Source: Lama guanicoe
Lineage: Eukaryota
Direction of reading: 5' to 3'
DNA: 64,000 nt
NCBI GenBank assembly: GCA_013239625.1
Contig: MU054117.1
Span: 2,416,011-2,480,010 of the forward strand
Shown here: positions 25,235-38,100 of the stretch, one piece after another
Layout of the letters: each line of letters opens with the position of its first letter
Numbering within the stretch: the first letter of the stretch is position 1
Translations under genes and position numbers: made by a program
The notes under the pieces: generated by a model
Told to the model about the DNA's origin: nothing
Database searches by the model: none
What the model saw: the letters and a program-made list of their open reading frames with translations, nothing else

Positions 25235-26030
25235 GGTTTTTTAACTTACATGCAGCGGAGTTTACTCCTTGTGGTGTAAGGTGCTGTGGGCTTTGACTGA
25301 CGCGCAGAGTCGGGTGTTCACCACCGCAGTCAGGACACAGCAGTCCACCCCCAGGACAGTCCCTGCCCCCCACGCCCACCCCTGACTCCCCAGATCTGTC
25401 CTCACTCCCGCGGTCCTGCCTTTTCAAGAACGTTGGGTGGAGCGCCAGCGGGTAGCCCTGGGGTCTGCGCCTTCATCGGCAGGCCCGCCAGGTGCTGCCG
25501 TGTGGCTCAGTGCTTTGCTCTTTTTCGCTGCTGAGCGGTAACGACCCTGCTCGCACTTGTCCCGCAGCACGCCCGTCCCTTCGCTGGGTGAAGGACTTTT
25601 GGGCGGTTTCCAGCCTTTGATGGTTTTGTAAAGCTGCCGTTAACACTGCTGTGCAGGTTTCTGCGTGAGCACAGGCCTTCGTTTCTCTGGCGTGAACACC
25701 TAGGAGTGGGACCGCGGGTTCGCACAGCGCGTGTGTTTAATGTTTTAACCAAACTGCCGAACTGCTCTCCAGGGTGCACAGTTTTGCATCCCTCCCTCCC
25801 TCCCTCCCTCCCGGCAGCGCGGCCGCCCCGGTCACCAGGCACTCCTGGTGCCGCCAGGGCTCTGGCTCTGCTGGGCCGCTCCGGCCCGGGCGCAGGCTGA
25901 GCTTGCATTTCCTCGGCGGCTGAGACACTGAGCAGATCTTTGCGTGCTGGTTTGCCCTTCACGCAGCTTCCTTGGTGAGATGTCTGTCCAGTCTTTTGCC
26001 TGTTTTCCCTCATGATTGTTTTGTTGTTTC
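25235..26030 (-). mobile_element. Old L1 3' fragment, strongly GC-shifted
   Basis: Retains L1M landmarks in order (tgaaggacttttgggcggtttccag, aaagctgccgttaaca, aaactgccgaactgctctcca, ttggtgagatgtctgtccagtcttttgcc). Confidence 0.75.
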
Positions 26031-27034
26031 CAGAGCAACAAACGCTCCTGCCCAACTGGGGTTTCCACCTCTCACGTGGCCTTGTTTCCAAACTGGATGA
26101 CCCTTCATTCCGGAATGGGAGGTGGGGCCGGCGCGGGCCTGCAGGAGTAAGCGCTGGGTGGGTGGGTGGCTGGCGCAAGAGGGAATCAGTGGGTGAGTTT
26201 CTGGGTCAGGGTGGGTCCTCTGTGATGTGACCTCAGCCTTGGGTCGAGGGCTGTGGGCCCTTGGAACTTCTATCCCTGTCCAGGCAGGTGGCTCTGAGAC
26301 AGAACAATCCCACAAAAATGACCAAGGGTGGGGTGAGTGCCGCCTCCTGCTTCTTGTCCAGATTCAGTCCAGCCTGTCCCCCTCCTGCATCCCGGGGGCC
26401 GTGGTGCTCCCCAGACGCTGGTGTCTTCATTCTTCCTGGGGCAGGCCTTTCCCAGAGATGAGTAAGGCCAGGGGTGTGGGCAGAGCTGAAGGTGGGGCTC
26501 ACGTGCTGCTCTCCTGGCTGCAGAATCAGACCCCCCCATCTCCTGTCCCCAGGGAGCTGCTGGCAAATAGGGCGGAGCTGTTGTGCTGGACGACGTGGGG
26601 AAGGGGCCGAGCCTCACACGCGGAGCCCTGGCGCACAGCACGTGACCCGAGGACGGAATGGGGTGTCCTTGCTTCCTGGGTTGGGGGGTGTTGGGAGGAG
26701 CAGGGCTTAGTCAAGTGCTCAGCCCGGTGTCAGGCACAGGGTGCACATTCAAACTGGCACCTCCCAGCCTTCGTGTTGACGTGGTCCTCTCTCTGGTCAG
26801 CAGTGTCCGGTGCCTCTGTCCTGCAGGGTCTCTGCTCAGGGCCCAGGGCCGCAGGCTGTAGGGGAGGTGGCACCCCTGCTCCGCCCTAAGTCCCGTCCTC
26901 CTCGTCCCTCCCTGGCCTACTGAGTGACGCTGAGCAGCCAGGCTCCTCGGGACCTTGGGGATGTCCATTCACCCCGGTCCTTGGACATCCCTGCTCTGCT
27001 TGGTAAGAGTGACGTCCACTTAAGAGGGGCTGAT

Positions 27035-27582
27035 GTGCACTGTTCACAGTAGCCACGATCTGGAAGTGACCTGAGTGTCTGTCGACAGATGATGACTGGG
27101 TGTAGAAGACATACACACAATGGAGTACCGCTCAGCCTTGGAAAGAATGAAGTAATGCTGTTTGCAGCAACACGGTTGGACCTAGAGGCGATCACCCTAA
27201 GTGAAGTCAGACAGAGAAACACGAATATCTTGTGACACCACTTTTATGTGGAGTCTTAAAAAGTTACACTAATGAACTTATTCATGAAACAGAAACAGAC
27301 TCACAAACAAAGGAAACAAACTCATAGCCACCAAAGGGGAGGAGGGGGGAGGGGGAGGTCGGGAGTCTGGGTTTAACACACACACACACATCACCATATA
27401 TAAAACAGACAAACAACAAGGTCTCACTGAGGAGCACAGGGGACTGTATTCAACATCCCGTGACAACCTATAGCGGAAGAGAGTGTGAAGAGGAATATAC
27501 GTGTGTGTGTGTAACTGAATCACTCTGCTGTGCACCAGAAACTAACCCAATTTGTAAGTCAACCAAACCACCATCTAAAAAA
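27035..27582 (+). mobile_element. L1 3' end/3' UTR fragment, sense
   Basis: aatgaagtaatgctgtttgcagcaacacggttggacctagag...aagtgaagtcagacagagaaac...gcacaggggactgtattcaa...aactgaatcactctgctgtgcacc. Confidence 0.85.
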
Positions 27583-28362
27583 GAGTGGCGGATAGAAGAC
27601 CACTGACAGGGCCGAGTGCCAGCACGTGTCCAGGCCGTGCCTTCGTGGACCGGGCCAGGGAGCCCTCAGGGCAGGGCCGTGCCCGGTGGGGGGCGGGGGA
27701 GCTTTGTGTCAGGCTGTGGCTTGTCCCCGCTGCCCCCAAGCCACTCACACCTCAGAGCACGTGACAGCCTCCGCTCCCAACTAAAGTCTCAGCCGCTAAA
27801 GGCCTGACACCATTTCTTCAGAGTTTAGGCGGAGACCAGGTACTCAACAGACGGTCTTTAAAAAATGAAAACTCAGCTTTATTGCGGCATGAATGATACA
27901 AAAGTGAAAGACGTTTAGAGTGCACACCTGGTGATCTGATGTCATGCACACTGGGAACGGATTTCCTCCATCTGGTTATTGGCATGTCTGCCACCTCACA
28001 GATTTATCTTTGCACGTGTGCATGTGAACGTGTGAGTCCTCCTCTCTCAGCAGATTCCAGGTGTACAGTCCGATGTCAGCAACTGTAGTCACTGTGTTGC
28101 ACATCAGACCTCAGACCTTAAGGCCGGCACTTGTGCCCTCTTACCCACCTGCCCTGTTTCCTCCGCCCTCAGGAGACGTCTGTGGACGGACTGGTGTCAG
28201 GAATTAAATGAGTACAGAGACCGCACCCCCCACCCCCCGGCTGGAAAACAACGTGTGTAAACTCAGAGATGGTGAGGAGACCAGGGGGCTGGAGAGAGGG
28301 GCGGGCGAGTCTGGGGGGAGGCTGGGGTCCCCTCTTCCTGATTTCCCCCTCTGTTCTTATTT

Positions 28363-28489
28363 TCTTATTTAAAAACAATTTTTTGGGGGTGGTGGCAATT
28401 AGCTTTGTTTATTTATTTTAAATGGAGGGGCTGGGGACTGAAGCCAGGACCTTGTGCCTGCTAAGCATGCACCCTACCTGCCCTCTCTC
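28363..28489 (-). mobile_element. tRNA-Ala-like SINE (vic-1-like), with 12-bp TSD ctgttcttattt (28351-28362, 28490-28501)
   Basis: ggagggggctggggactgaagccaggaccttgtgcctgctaagcatgcac is the reverse complement of the SINE head; exact flanking duplication. Confidence 0.8.
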
Positions 28490-29742
28490 CTGTTCTTATT
28501 TAAGGAACGAGGTCAGGGCAGTGAAGGCCCAGAGATGACCCCTCGCTCCCCTAGAAGGGTCAGGCAGTTTGCACAGAGGCCTCTGCCTTGTGCTCCTGCG
28601 TCAATGTGTGTGGCACCTTGTGGCCCTTGTACAGTTGGGTCCAGTCTCCAGAGCCCAGCCTGGTGGGAATGGCCAGGTGATGAGAAGAGAGCCATTTTTG
28701 TCTCACTTTGAGGTCTATTGGATGGGAAAGACCCACACTCCATCCAGTGAGATGTTCTGTGACAACCACGTTCCCTTGGGGTTCAGAGACGTGACTCTGC
28801 TGGCCTTGATAACCAGGCATTGCAGACACGCCCAGCAGCCTGAAGGAGAGCTTGAGGCAGAAGGGGACCCGCTCCCCCCCGGGTTGCTTTAGTCACCCCA
28901 CCCCGCCCCGTCTCCTACATCTTTATATTTGAGACTCATGCGTCTGGAAGATTGGGATGGGTTCCTGGAAGGAAACCCCAAGGTTCCTTTTCTTCCCCAG
29001 TTCTCAGCTACAGGAGTCATTGAGATGAAGGAGAGGTGGGCCCTGAAGGTGGTGAGGTGCGGCGTCTGTGGGTGGGACGTCAGAGCTCACAGATCCTGAG
29101 GGTCCCGTGTGGCTGGAACCTGTAGCCTGGATCCCAAAGCTCTCAGGGCCACAGAGAGAATCATTTCTATCCTTGTAATTGGGAGGGAGACTCGGGCCCT
29201 CTCCCGACTGTCTCTCCCTCACTTTCTGGATGGCATCAGGCAAGTCTTACAAACTCTCTGAGTGTCGGTCTCCACCGCTTCCAGTTTGGGGGAGAGAGTG
29301 TGGGGAGGAGGGTACAACCTGTGTTGACCCCCAGCGAGTTAGAGATACTGTGCTAAAAGGAAGTGAGTTGTCCTTAACCAGGGAAAGGGGATCTGTGGAA
29401 GAATCAACTCCTTAAGGATGCTGTGTGCTGCCCAGAGCCCCAGCACGGAGCTGGGAGAGGTGGGGGACAAGGATGTATGAGAGGCAGTCACGTTCTCACG
29501 CAGCTCACAGCCATTGGGAGGGACCAGGTGAGCACAGGTGTGCTCACTTTTACAGGACCAGGTGTTGTCGCGGTTTGAGTGGCATGTTGGGGGCTCTAGC
29601 TGCTGAGGGAGTCAGGCAGCTTAGAGCCCACTGATGGCCATGGAGGGCTACTGAGGGGGTGGTCTTTGAGAGCACTGTGGATGGGCAGGAAACTGGACTG
29701 CAGGGTCTGAGGTCTGGTGTCGCCACTTTCTCAGGGCAGGTT

Positions 29743-29947
29743 CTCTTTTTTTTTAAATTGAAGTACAGTCAGTTATAATATGTCAGTTTCTGGTGTCCAG
29801 CATCATGTCCCAGTCATGCATATACATACATGTATTTGTTTTCATATTTTTTCCATTGTAAGTTATTACAAGATATTGAATATAGTTCCTTGTGCTCTAC
29901 AGAAGAAATCTGTTTATCTATTTTGTGTATAGTAGTTAGTATTTGCA
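29743..29947 (-). mobile_element. Short 5'-truncated L1 tail inserted in a MIR, TSD ctcagggca(g/a)gtt
   Basis: Poly-T head, L1 3' UTR text, near-identical 13-bp flanks at 29730-29742 and 29948-29960. Confidence 0.75.
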
Positions 29948-30895
29948 CTCAGGGCAAGTTTTTGACCCTCCTTGAGCCTTGGTTTCTCCCTTTATAACCT
30001 GGGGAGCATGGTTCCCTTCCTGTCCTGAAAGTGTTCTTGACAAGCTCACGAAAAGATCTTGGTAACAGCCGGTAAGTTCCCAATTCTTCTCAGAAGTCCT
30101 GACTCACTGATGTCTGTGGTCCCTAGGTTGGTGCTGAGGGCTGTTTGGGCCTGGAGTTTGCCTTGGGTGGGCCACCTGGTGGCCTTTTGGGTGGAGGGGT
30201 GGGGGCAGGGCAGGAAGCCTCCGGGCCAGGCCCTGGGAGCCAAGTCAGGGATTATTTTTGTTCCTTTGCTCGTGTCACCTGGCCTGGGCTTAACGATGCC
30301 ATCTGTCCCCCTCCAGCTCTCATCCTGGCTGGCCCCAGAGGGTCACTGGAGGAGGGGGAGGAGCACGGGGACCCTCCCTTCCCTCCTAACCAGCTGCGGG
30401 CAGAGGCTGTGTGGGGGCTTTGCCTGGTGAAGGAAGCAGCTGCCAGGCCCGGGCCGTGGGCTGTGAGGCTGGGAGAGGCCAGGCAGCCAGAGCTGTGGGC
30501 CGGGAGCAGCTCCAGTTTGGTAACAAATCCGTGGCCCAGAACCTCGTGTGACCCGCTGCCCTGCTCTCCCTGGGACGGACCCAGCTCGGGAACGGTGGGG
30601 GCAGGTCCTCAGCGAACCTCCCTGCGGGGCAGCACCGGGACCCGAGGCGCTCTTCCTGCCCGCCGGTCCAGCCCATCTCTGCTGCAGGAAGGGCCCAGGG
30701 ACCACGGCCCCTGGCTCCCCCGGGGGGGGGGCCCACAGGGCGTCAGGGAAGTTGGGCCGCCCTCCTTCTCGTCTGACTTTCTGGCCTCCAGGACACCTTC
30801 TGTTTTTGGTGTCAGATCCCAGAAGAAAACCTAGGACAGCCAGGACACAGGAGGCCTTCGGTATTAATATTATTAACTAATATTAATTACTGTTA

Positions 30896-32270
30896 GGTCT
30901 CTTCAGTAAGCGGTGCTGGGAAAACTGGACGGCTCCATGTGAAAGAATGAAATGAGAGCATTCTCTAACACCATTTACAAAAATAAACTCGAAGTGGGTT
31001 AAAGACCCAAATGTAAGCCTGGATACTCTGAAACTCCCAGAGGAAAACATAGGCAGAACACTCTTTGACATAAATTACAGCAACATATTTTTCAATCTGT
31101 CTCCTAGAGTAATGGAAATAAAAGCAAAAAATGAGCAAATGGGACCTAATTAAACTTAAAAGCTCGTGCACAGCAAAAGGGACCATAAATAAAATGAAAA
31201 GACTACCTGAAGAAGGGGAGAAAATATTTACAAATGATACGACTGACACTGGATTAATTTCCAAAATATACAAACAGCTCATAGAGCTCCATATCAAAAA
31301 AACAAACAATCCAACCAAAAAATGAGCAGAAGACCTAAATAGACATTTCTCCAAAGAAGACATCCAGATGGCCAACAGGCACATGAAAAGATGCTCAACA
31401 TCACTAATTATTAGAGAAATGCAAATCAAAAGTACAATGAGGTATCGCCTCACATCAGTCAGAAGGGCCATCATTAAAAAGTCTACAAATGATAAATGCT
31501 GCAGAAGGTGTGAAGAAGAAAGAACCCTCCTATACTGTTGGTGAGAATGTAAATTGGTGCAGCCACTATGGAGAGTAGTATGGAGAGTCCTTAAAAAACT
31601 AAAAAGAGTTACCGTATGATCCAACAATCCCACTCCTGGGCATATATCCAGAAAAAAAAACTCTAAGTCAAAAAGAGACATGCTCCCCAGTGTTCATAAC
31701 AGCACTGTTTACAATAGTGGAGACATGGAAACAACCTAAATGTCCATCAACAGATGACTGGATAAAGAAGATGTGGTGTATATATTATAATGGAATACTA
31801 CTCAGCCATAAAAAAGAATGAAATAATGCCATTTGCAGCAACATGGATGGACCTAGAGATTATCATATTAAGTAAAGTAAGACAAAGACAAATATCATAT
31901 GATATCACTTATTTGTGGAATCTAGAAAAGAAAATGGCACAAATGAACTTATTTACAAGTCAGAAATACACTCACAGACATAGAAAACAAACTTCTGGTT
32001 ACCAAAGGGGAACTGGGTAGGAAGGAGGGATAAATTAGGAGTTTTGGATTAGCAGATACACATGACTATATATAAAACAGATAAACAACAGGACCTACTG
32101 TATAGCACAGGGAACTATGTTCAATAGCTGGTAATAACCTATAATAAAAAAGAACATGGAAAAATAATATATATTTGTATAACTGAATCACTATACTATA
32201 CACCTGAAACCAACACAACATTGTACATCAACTATACTTCAATAACAAAAATTAAAATGAAAAATAAAAG
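30896..32270 (+). mobile_element. 5'-truncated L1 (ORF2 C-terminal relic, 3' UTR, A-rich tail), sense in TEAD4 intron 2
   Basis: Peptides [22 protein letters not shown]...[10 protein letters not shown] and MEYYSAIKKNEIMPFAATWMDLEIIILS are L1 ORF2; interrupted by stops (TGA at 31323). Confidence 0.95.
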
Positions 32271-32469
32271 ATTTTGGCTGGACCTTAAGGATGGGTGGAA
32301 TTTGGCGGGGGCTGAGGAGGAACGTCACAGGCAGCTCTTCCTGGCACGGAGGAAAAGCGTGGCGTGTTGGGATGGCGTTTGGGTGTTAGGCTGGGTGCAA
32401 GGAAGAGGGAGAACAGAGGATGGTGCAGATGGATGGAAGGTGTGGCCAGAGAGCCGGAATCAGCAGGTG

Positions 32470-32940
32470 AAGGGTCCTATAAAATCCCATCAGGAAGTGT
32501 GTCCTTTTATCTAAGAACATGGGAAAGCCATTGAAATGTTTTAAGTGGAGGGAGCATGTGGGCAGGTTCGGGTGATAGAAACGCTGGCTGCAGTGGGAAG
32601 ATTATGGAGTCCGGATGGGGTTGGCCCAGTCTTCCAGGTGAGTGCAGGATGTGGTCATTCTTCGTTTCTGGGAGATAAGAGGGAAAAGTCCAAATGCACT
32701 GCCGGGCTTCTGGCCTTTGGGTAGATGGTGGCGTCCCTTCCTGAGAGACAGGAGGAGCAGGATTCAGACACAAGCTGAAGGTTGTTGAGTTGGAAGAGCT
32801 TTGGAGACGTCTGAGGGCCGGTGGGTGGTTGCTAGGGAGCCCGAACTCAGGAAGGATGTTCAGGTTTGGGACTCAGTGAGACATACAGTGAGATGTCAGC
32901 TATGGATGGGGGTCCCCCAAGAGGTGTGTGTTCAGGGTTT
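32470..32940. mobile_element. L2 relic
   Basis: gggaaagccattgaaatgttttaag...ctggctgcagtgggaagatt...gatggtggcgtcccttcctgaga resembles L2 3' region. Confidence 0.55.
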
Positions 32941-33599
32941 AGAAAGGAGGGGTCATGCATGGCAAGGGTCTGATCGAAGGCAGAGCCCCAGGAGAAAGGC
33001 AGGCAGTCAGACAACTTGGGCACCACCTCGGGCTTCCACGTGTGTTGAGAATCAGCTTATTAGGTTTTGTGGAAAACCTTGTGGGATTTTTATTCTGAGT
33101 TCTGCTGAATTTATGACTTACCTGGAGAGATTCAACCTCCTTTTGATACTGTTTTCCTGTCCATGTATTTAGGTATGGCGTGTCTTTCAAAACAATGACC
33201 ATCTTCTCTGTAAAGATCTCATTCTTTGTTAGACTTACCACTACTGGATGAATTATGGCTTTGGTCTCTAAACGGGGGATTTTTAAAAATTAGATTGTCT
33301 AATATCTTATTGCTGGCAGAGAAGAACGGAATTGATTGATAACGTTGATTTGCTGGGCTCTCTTAGAAGTTTTCCTGATGATTTGTTTATGGAATCTTTC
33401 TGGTCTTCTCTCGTAATTCCTCGGAATAGTGACAGTTTGACGTCCTTTCTAACCTTCGGATCTCTTTTCTTATTGTTGTTCTACCGTGTTGGCCAGGACT
33501 TCCATTGCAGCGTGAGTGGAAGTGTTAAGAGTGAGCATTCTTTAGCTTATTCCTGGCTTTAAATGCAATGCTTTTAGTGTTTAATCATTAAAAGTTCTG

Positions 33600-34285
33600 G
33601 CCACCAGTTCCACCAGTTTTTAACCCCTTACCAACCAGCAAGTGTTCAACGCTAGCTGGGTATCCTACAGTTCAACTGAGTTCTAACATTACCTCCTGGG
33701 AGACAGCATGAGACCCCACAGGTTGAGGGCTCAGTCCCACGAGACCTGCCCCACCCTCTGCAAGCTCAGGTTATCACCGGCCACAGATCGGAGATCCCAG
33801 TGACCCCTCCTTGGGTTCAGTTAATTTGCTGGAATGGTTCACAGGACTCAGAGAAACGTTGTATTTATTGGATTACTGGTTTACTGTAGAAGGGTGTAAC
33901 TCAGAAACAGCCAGATGGAAGAGATGCACAGAGCTTCTCCCCAAATCTTCACGTGTTCATCAGCTCAGAAGCTCTCAGAACCTTCTCCTTTCCTGTTGTA
34001 ATGGAGGCTTCATTACGAGGGCATGATTGATTAAATCGTGGGTCACTGGTGATTAACTCAACCTCCCGCCCCTCTCCCCTCCCCGGAGTTTGGGTGGGTG
34101 GGGCTGAAAGTTCCTCCCTCTGATCACTTGGTTGGTTCTCCTGGCCGCCAGCCCCCATCCTCAGGTGCACCTCATTCCCATATAAAATGATACCTTTATG
34201 GCTATTAAGGGTTTTGGGAGCTCTATGCCAGAAACGGGACAAAGACCAAATATATACTTCTTATTATAAATCATAACATCCCAGT
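33600..34285 (-). mobile_element. ERVL-type solo LTR (MER21-like) interrupting an old L1
   Basis: ccccacaggttgagggctcagtcccac, ccctccttgggttcagttaatttgctggaatggttcacaggactcagagaaac, aaagaccaaatatatacttcttattataaatca. Confidence 0.75.
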
Positions 34286-34507
34286 AAGTTTTTGGAAAAA
34301 ACCTTTTGTCAGGTGAAGGAAGTTCCTTTTGTTTCCAGTAGTTTGCTAAAGGTTTTTATTGTGTATGGGTCTTGAATTGTATCAAATGCATCTTCTGAAC
34401 TTACGGTTCAGATTTTTCAGGGCGTATGTGTGTGTATGTATGTGTTGCACGGCCAAACTTAGTTGTCTTTGTTGTTATTTTTATGTAGTTAGTATTTAGA
34501 CTCACTC

Positions 34508-34606
34508 TTTTTTTTTTCTTTATCAAATGGAGGTACTGGGAATCGAACCAAGTACCTTGTGCATGCTCAGCACATGCTTTACCAACTTAGCTACACCCCT
34601 CGCCCC
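34508..34606 (-). mobile_element. tRNA-Ala-like SINE (vic-1-like)
   Basis: ggaggtactgggaatcgaaccaagtaccttgtgcatgctcagcacatgctttaccaacttagctacacccct preceded by poly-T. Confidence 0.8.
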
Positions 34607-34619
34607 TGATTCACTGTTA

Positions 34620-36400
34620 TTTTTACAAATAACAAGCAAGTCACCTTGCTTCATTACTCTTCCATGTATGTAGTACCTTTTCATACCAGGTCCCTTTTTT
34701 TTTCAGATACCTCCTTTACTATTTTTTTTCCCCCACAGTGAAGGTCTGTTACTACAGAATTCTCTCCATCTTTATCTGAAAGTGATTTTACTTAATGTTC
34801 ATTCTTTTTTTCTCTATGGAATCTCATTAAAAATTTTTAATTAAAAATTGTTTTCATTTATTTATTTTTTATTCTTACCTTTTACTGAAGTGTAGTCAAT
34901 TTACAATGTTAGTTTCAGGTGTTTAATGGTCATCCTTGAATGATACTTAGGTTGGGTGTCTAATTCAAGGCTGACAGTTGCTCTTCTCTCCGTAATTTGG
35001 AGGTGTTGTCTTGGATCTGCTCGTTGAGAAGTTCATTGTCAATGTACACAGTAAGTGCGATAGTCTTTCCCTTGTTGGCAACCTGCGCTTTAAGGTGGAC
35101 TCTCTGTCTTTGGTATTCTTCAGTGTCTCTATAATATGGGTTTATTTTATGTGAATTTATCTTGGTTAGGATTCGGTATGGTTCCTGAATCAGAGGGTTC
35201 ATGTGTTTCCTTAATCCTGGGAAATTCCCTGCCATTATTTTTTAAATTGTTGTTCTGCTTCATTTTCTATGTTCTCTCTTTCTCAAATGTTAGTTGAAGG
35301 TGTGTTGAACTGCCTTATTGTGCTCTTGCTCTTTATTTGCATTCTTTTTAAAGCATTAATGAGTAATATCCTGAGGTAATCTTCCAGGTTATTAATTCTT
35401 TCTCTAGCTGTGTCTAATTGCTGTTATTCTCAACCATTGGGTTTTTTTTTAACTTTTTTTTATTGAGTTATAGCCATCTTACAATGTTGTGTCAAATTCC
35501 AGTGTAGAGCACAGTTTTTCAGTTATACCTGAACATACGTATATTCATTGCCACATTTTTTTTTTCACTGTGAGCTACCACATTGAGTTTTTAACTTCAG
35601 TGACTAAAATGTTTATTTCTAAATATTTCATTTGGTTCTTCCAGTCTGCTTTGTATTTTTTGGTAGTGTCTAATTCTCATCTTTCCAATTCCTTGTTTAA
35701 GTCAATAATCATTTTAAATACAATTATGTAATAGTTTTTACCAGATTGTTCAATTATCATAGTTCTTGGGGATCCAATCCCATTAAATCTTGATCATGGT
35801 GGATTATTTTCACTTAAATGTTGTCATTTTGGGTTTTGAGATCCTTTAGTGAGGATTTTGATCTCTGCAGTCTGCGTTAAGGCTGTCTTTTCAGAGATTT
35901 TCAGCCTGGGCTCCTGAGTAATAGAAAACTCAAATCTCAAATCCACTTAAGGGCAGGCCCTTGGCTACAGATTCTTAGGAAAGACAATTCTTTTTTATAC
36001 CTAGGGTGTGGGCCAAATCTTCCTTGTCATACTTTGTCAATAGTCTGCCTTTTCTCTGAGGACTGAGATATTGTCCTCAGTTCCGACCCCCGGTGTCTCT
36101 CAGGTGTAAGGTCTCATGTGGGTGGCCGCTAAAACCCAGAAGCCTCGTTACTAAGACCGGCGTCGCCCCCTCCGTCCTGGAGCTGTCGTGACAGCGCGCT
36201 GGGTAATTGCTACAGCTTAGAACTCTCTCGTTCGGGGGCCTCTTTGCTTTTTTACTTTTACTATGCATTTTTTTTTCAGCTATACATTTAAAAGTGTATT
36301 TCTTATGTTTAATTTTATTGTTTCTAAATTTCTTTTATAGAATGAGAGTTTTAAAAATCTTCTTTTCTACCATATTGCCAGGAATTAAAGTTAGGAACTC
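34620..36400 (-). mobile_element. Degraded old L1 (ORF1/5' region) with nested short L1 tails
   Basis: AT-rich block; minus-strand ORF 34960..35235 (MAGNFPGLRKHMNPLIQEPYRIL...) resembles L1 ORF1p (ENFPNL...QEAQR). Confidence 0.6.
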
Positions 36401-36698
36401 TTGACAGAAGTTTGTTTCGGACGGTACAGAAAAATGTTCTGACGTTCACAGTAGGATGAAGACCAGAATTTCTGGTGGAGAATAAGCTAGTTTCTTCCAG
36501 ATCAGGTGACCCCCTCAGACACACTTCGAGGGAAATTTATTTTAAGAGCCACAGAAAGGAAGTCACACTTGTTTTGCTAGAAGACGCGGGACCCTGTAGG
36601 GCGGACACCCAGGTGTAGTCCTGATCTGCTGCGTGACCTCAGGTGTGTCCCTAGGCCTTTCTGGTCTGTGCCCTCATCAGCAAGCTGAGGGGATTGGT

Positions 36699-36730
36699 TT
36701 CCTCAAGGGAATTCAAATTCCCTTGAGGAA
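36699..36730. repeat. Perfect 15-bp-arm palindrome with 2-nt spacer
   Basis: ttcctcaagggaatt-ca-aattcccttgaggaa. Confidence 0.95.
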
Positions 36731-37464
36731 TTTCAGTGGTTCTACCCTCCTTCCACCCTCACGTCTGTGCCAGCACCCAGGCCCAGCTCCTTAGAACCTC
36801 CACACCCTCCCAGGATGTGCTGGCCCCCACTCGACATCTTCTCCTCCACTGTGAACTTGACCACACTCACTCTCATACCCACCCGTCTGTGAGCAATGGT
36901 GTGCCTCTCACAGGCCTGGGGAAGAGGGAGAGGGTGAGGGCGCTCTGGGAAGGTCTTATCTCTAAGGGCCCTGGATGGAAGTGGGTATTTAGACTCCTAG
37001 CCCTGGGTTTGGGCTGCTGGACCACACTGTTCCTCCTGGCCAATGGGGGAGAAGAAAAGGGGTGACGTGTGTGATGGGGAGAGGTCCTCCCTTGCAGATG
37101 TGCTCGGTTGCCGGGAAAGCGGGGCTGCCAGCGTCTTGGGGAGGGCCTTGGGAGATAAATGGTTCCCATCTGGTGCTCGTAACTCAAAAACTGCCTTAAA
37201 ATGACTGGGATGTCCTCCTTCCCAAACCCCTGAGAATCGTGTCCAGAAATTCACAGCTTGGACAGTTGGCGCCAAGAGGTCGCTGGGTTTGTCACATGCT
37301 GGTGGCTACGGCAGGGCTGTATTGTCACCTGGAGGTACCAGGAGGTCAGCCCTGCTGTAGCCCCGACACGTGAGAATCTGCCAGGGCTAGACTCTTCCTC
37401 TAAAAAGAGCCCGAGCTGGGATGGACTAGGAGAATTGGTGGCCTGCGTTTTGTTTTTGCATGCT

Positions 37465-38100
37465 TCTTTTAATTTAAATTTTTGATTGTGGTAAAAAGCA
37501 CACACCATCTATCATCTTAGCCATTTTTGAGTGTACAGCTCAGTAGTGTAAGAAGTATATTCACACTGTTGTTCAGCAGATCTCCAGAACCTTTCCGTCT
37601 TGCAGAAGCCAAGCTCCATACCCATTAAACAGCGCCTCGCGCCTGCTCCTCCCCAGGCCCTGGTAACCGCCATTCCACGTTCTGTCTCTGTGACGTCAGC
37701 GACTCTTAGTACGTCATATACGTGGAGTCACACAGCATTTGTCTTCTGTGACTGGCTTATGTCACTTAGGATAATGTCCTCAGGTTCATCCGTGCTGTGG
37801 CGTGGGTCAGAATTGTCTTCCTTTTTCGAGCTCATACCCCACTGCATGTGGCACCACGTTTGGTTTATCCACTGTCCCTCCATGGATGCTTGGGCTGCTC
37901 CCCGCTCCTGGCCGTTGTGGATCGTGCTGCTGTGAACGTGGGTGCACAAGTGTCTCTTTGAGACCCTGCTTTCAGTTCTTTCGGGTGTGCACCCAAAGGA
38001 GAACTGCTGGGTCACAGGGTCGTTCTAGTTTTGATTTTCTGAGGGACCTCCATACTGTTTCCCTAGTGGTTGCACCACTTTATGCTCCAGCAACAGCGCA
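37465..38100 (-). mobile_element. L1M 3' fragment, antisense
   Basis: catcttagccatttttgagtgtacagctcagt...gactggcttatgtcacttag...ctttgagaccctgctttcagttcttt...ctccatactgtttcc. Confidence 0.85.

Noticed and set aside
30965..31681. 238-aa hydrophobic minus-strand ORF
   Set aside because: It is the antisense reading of the L1 ORF2 relic, a common spurious ORF.
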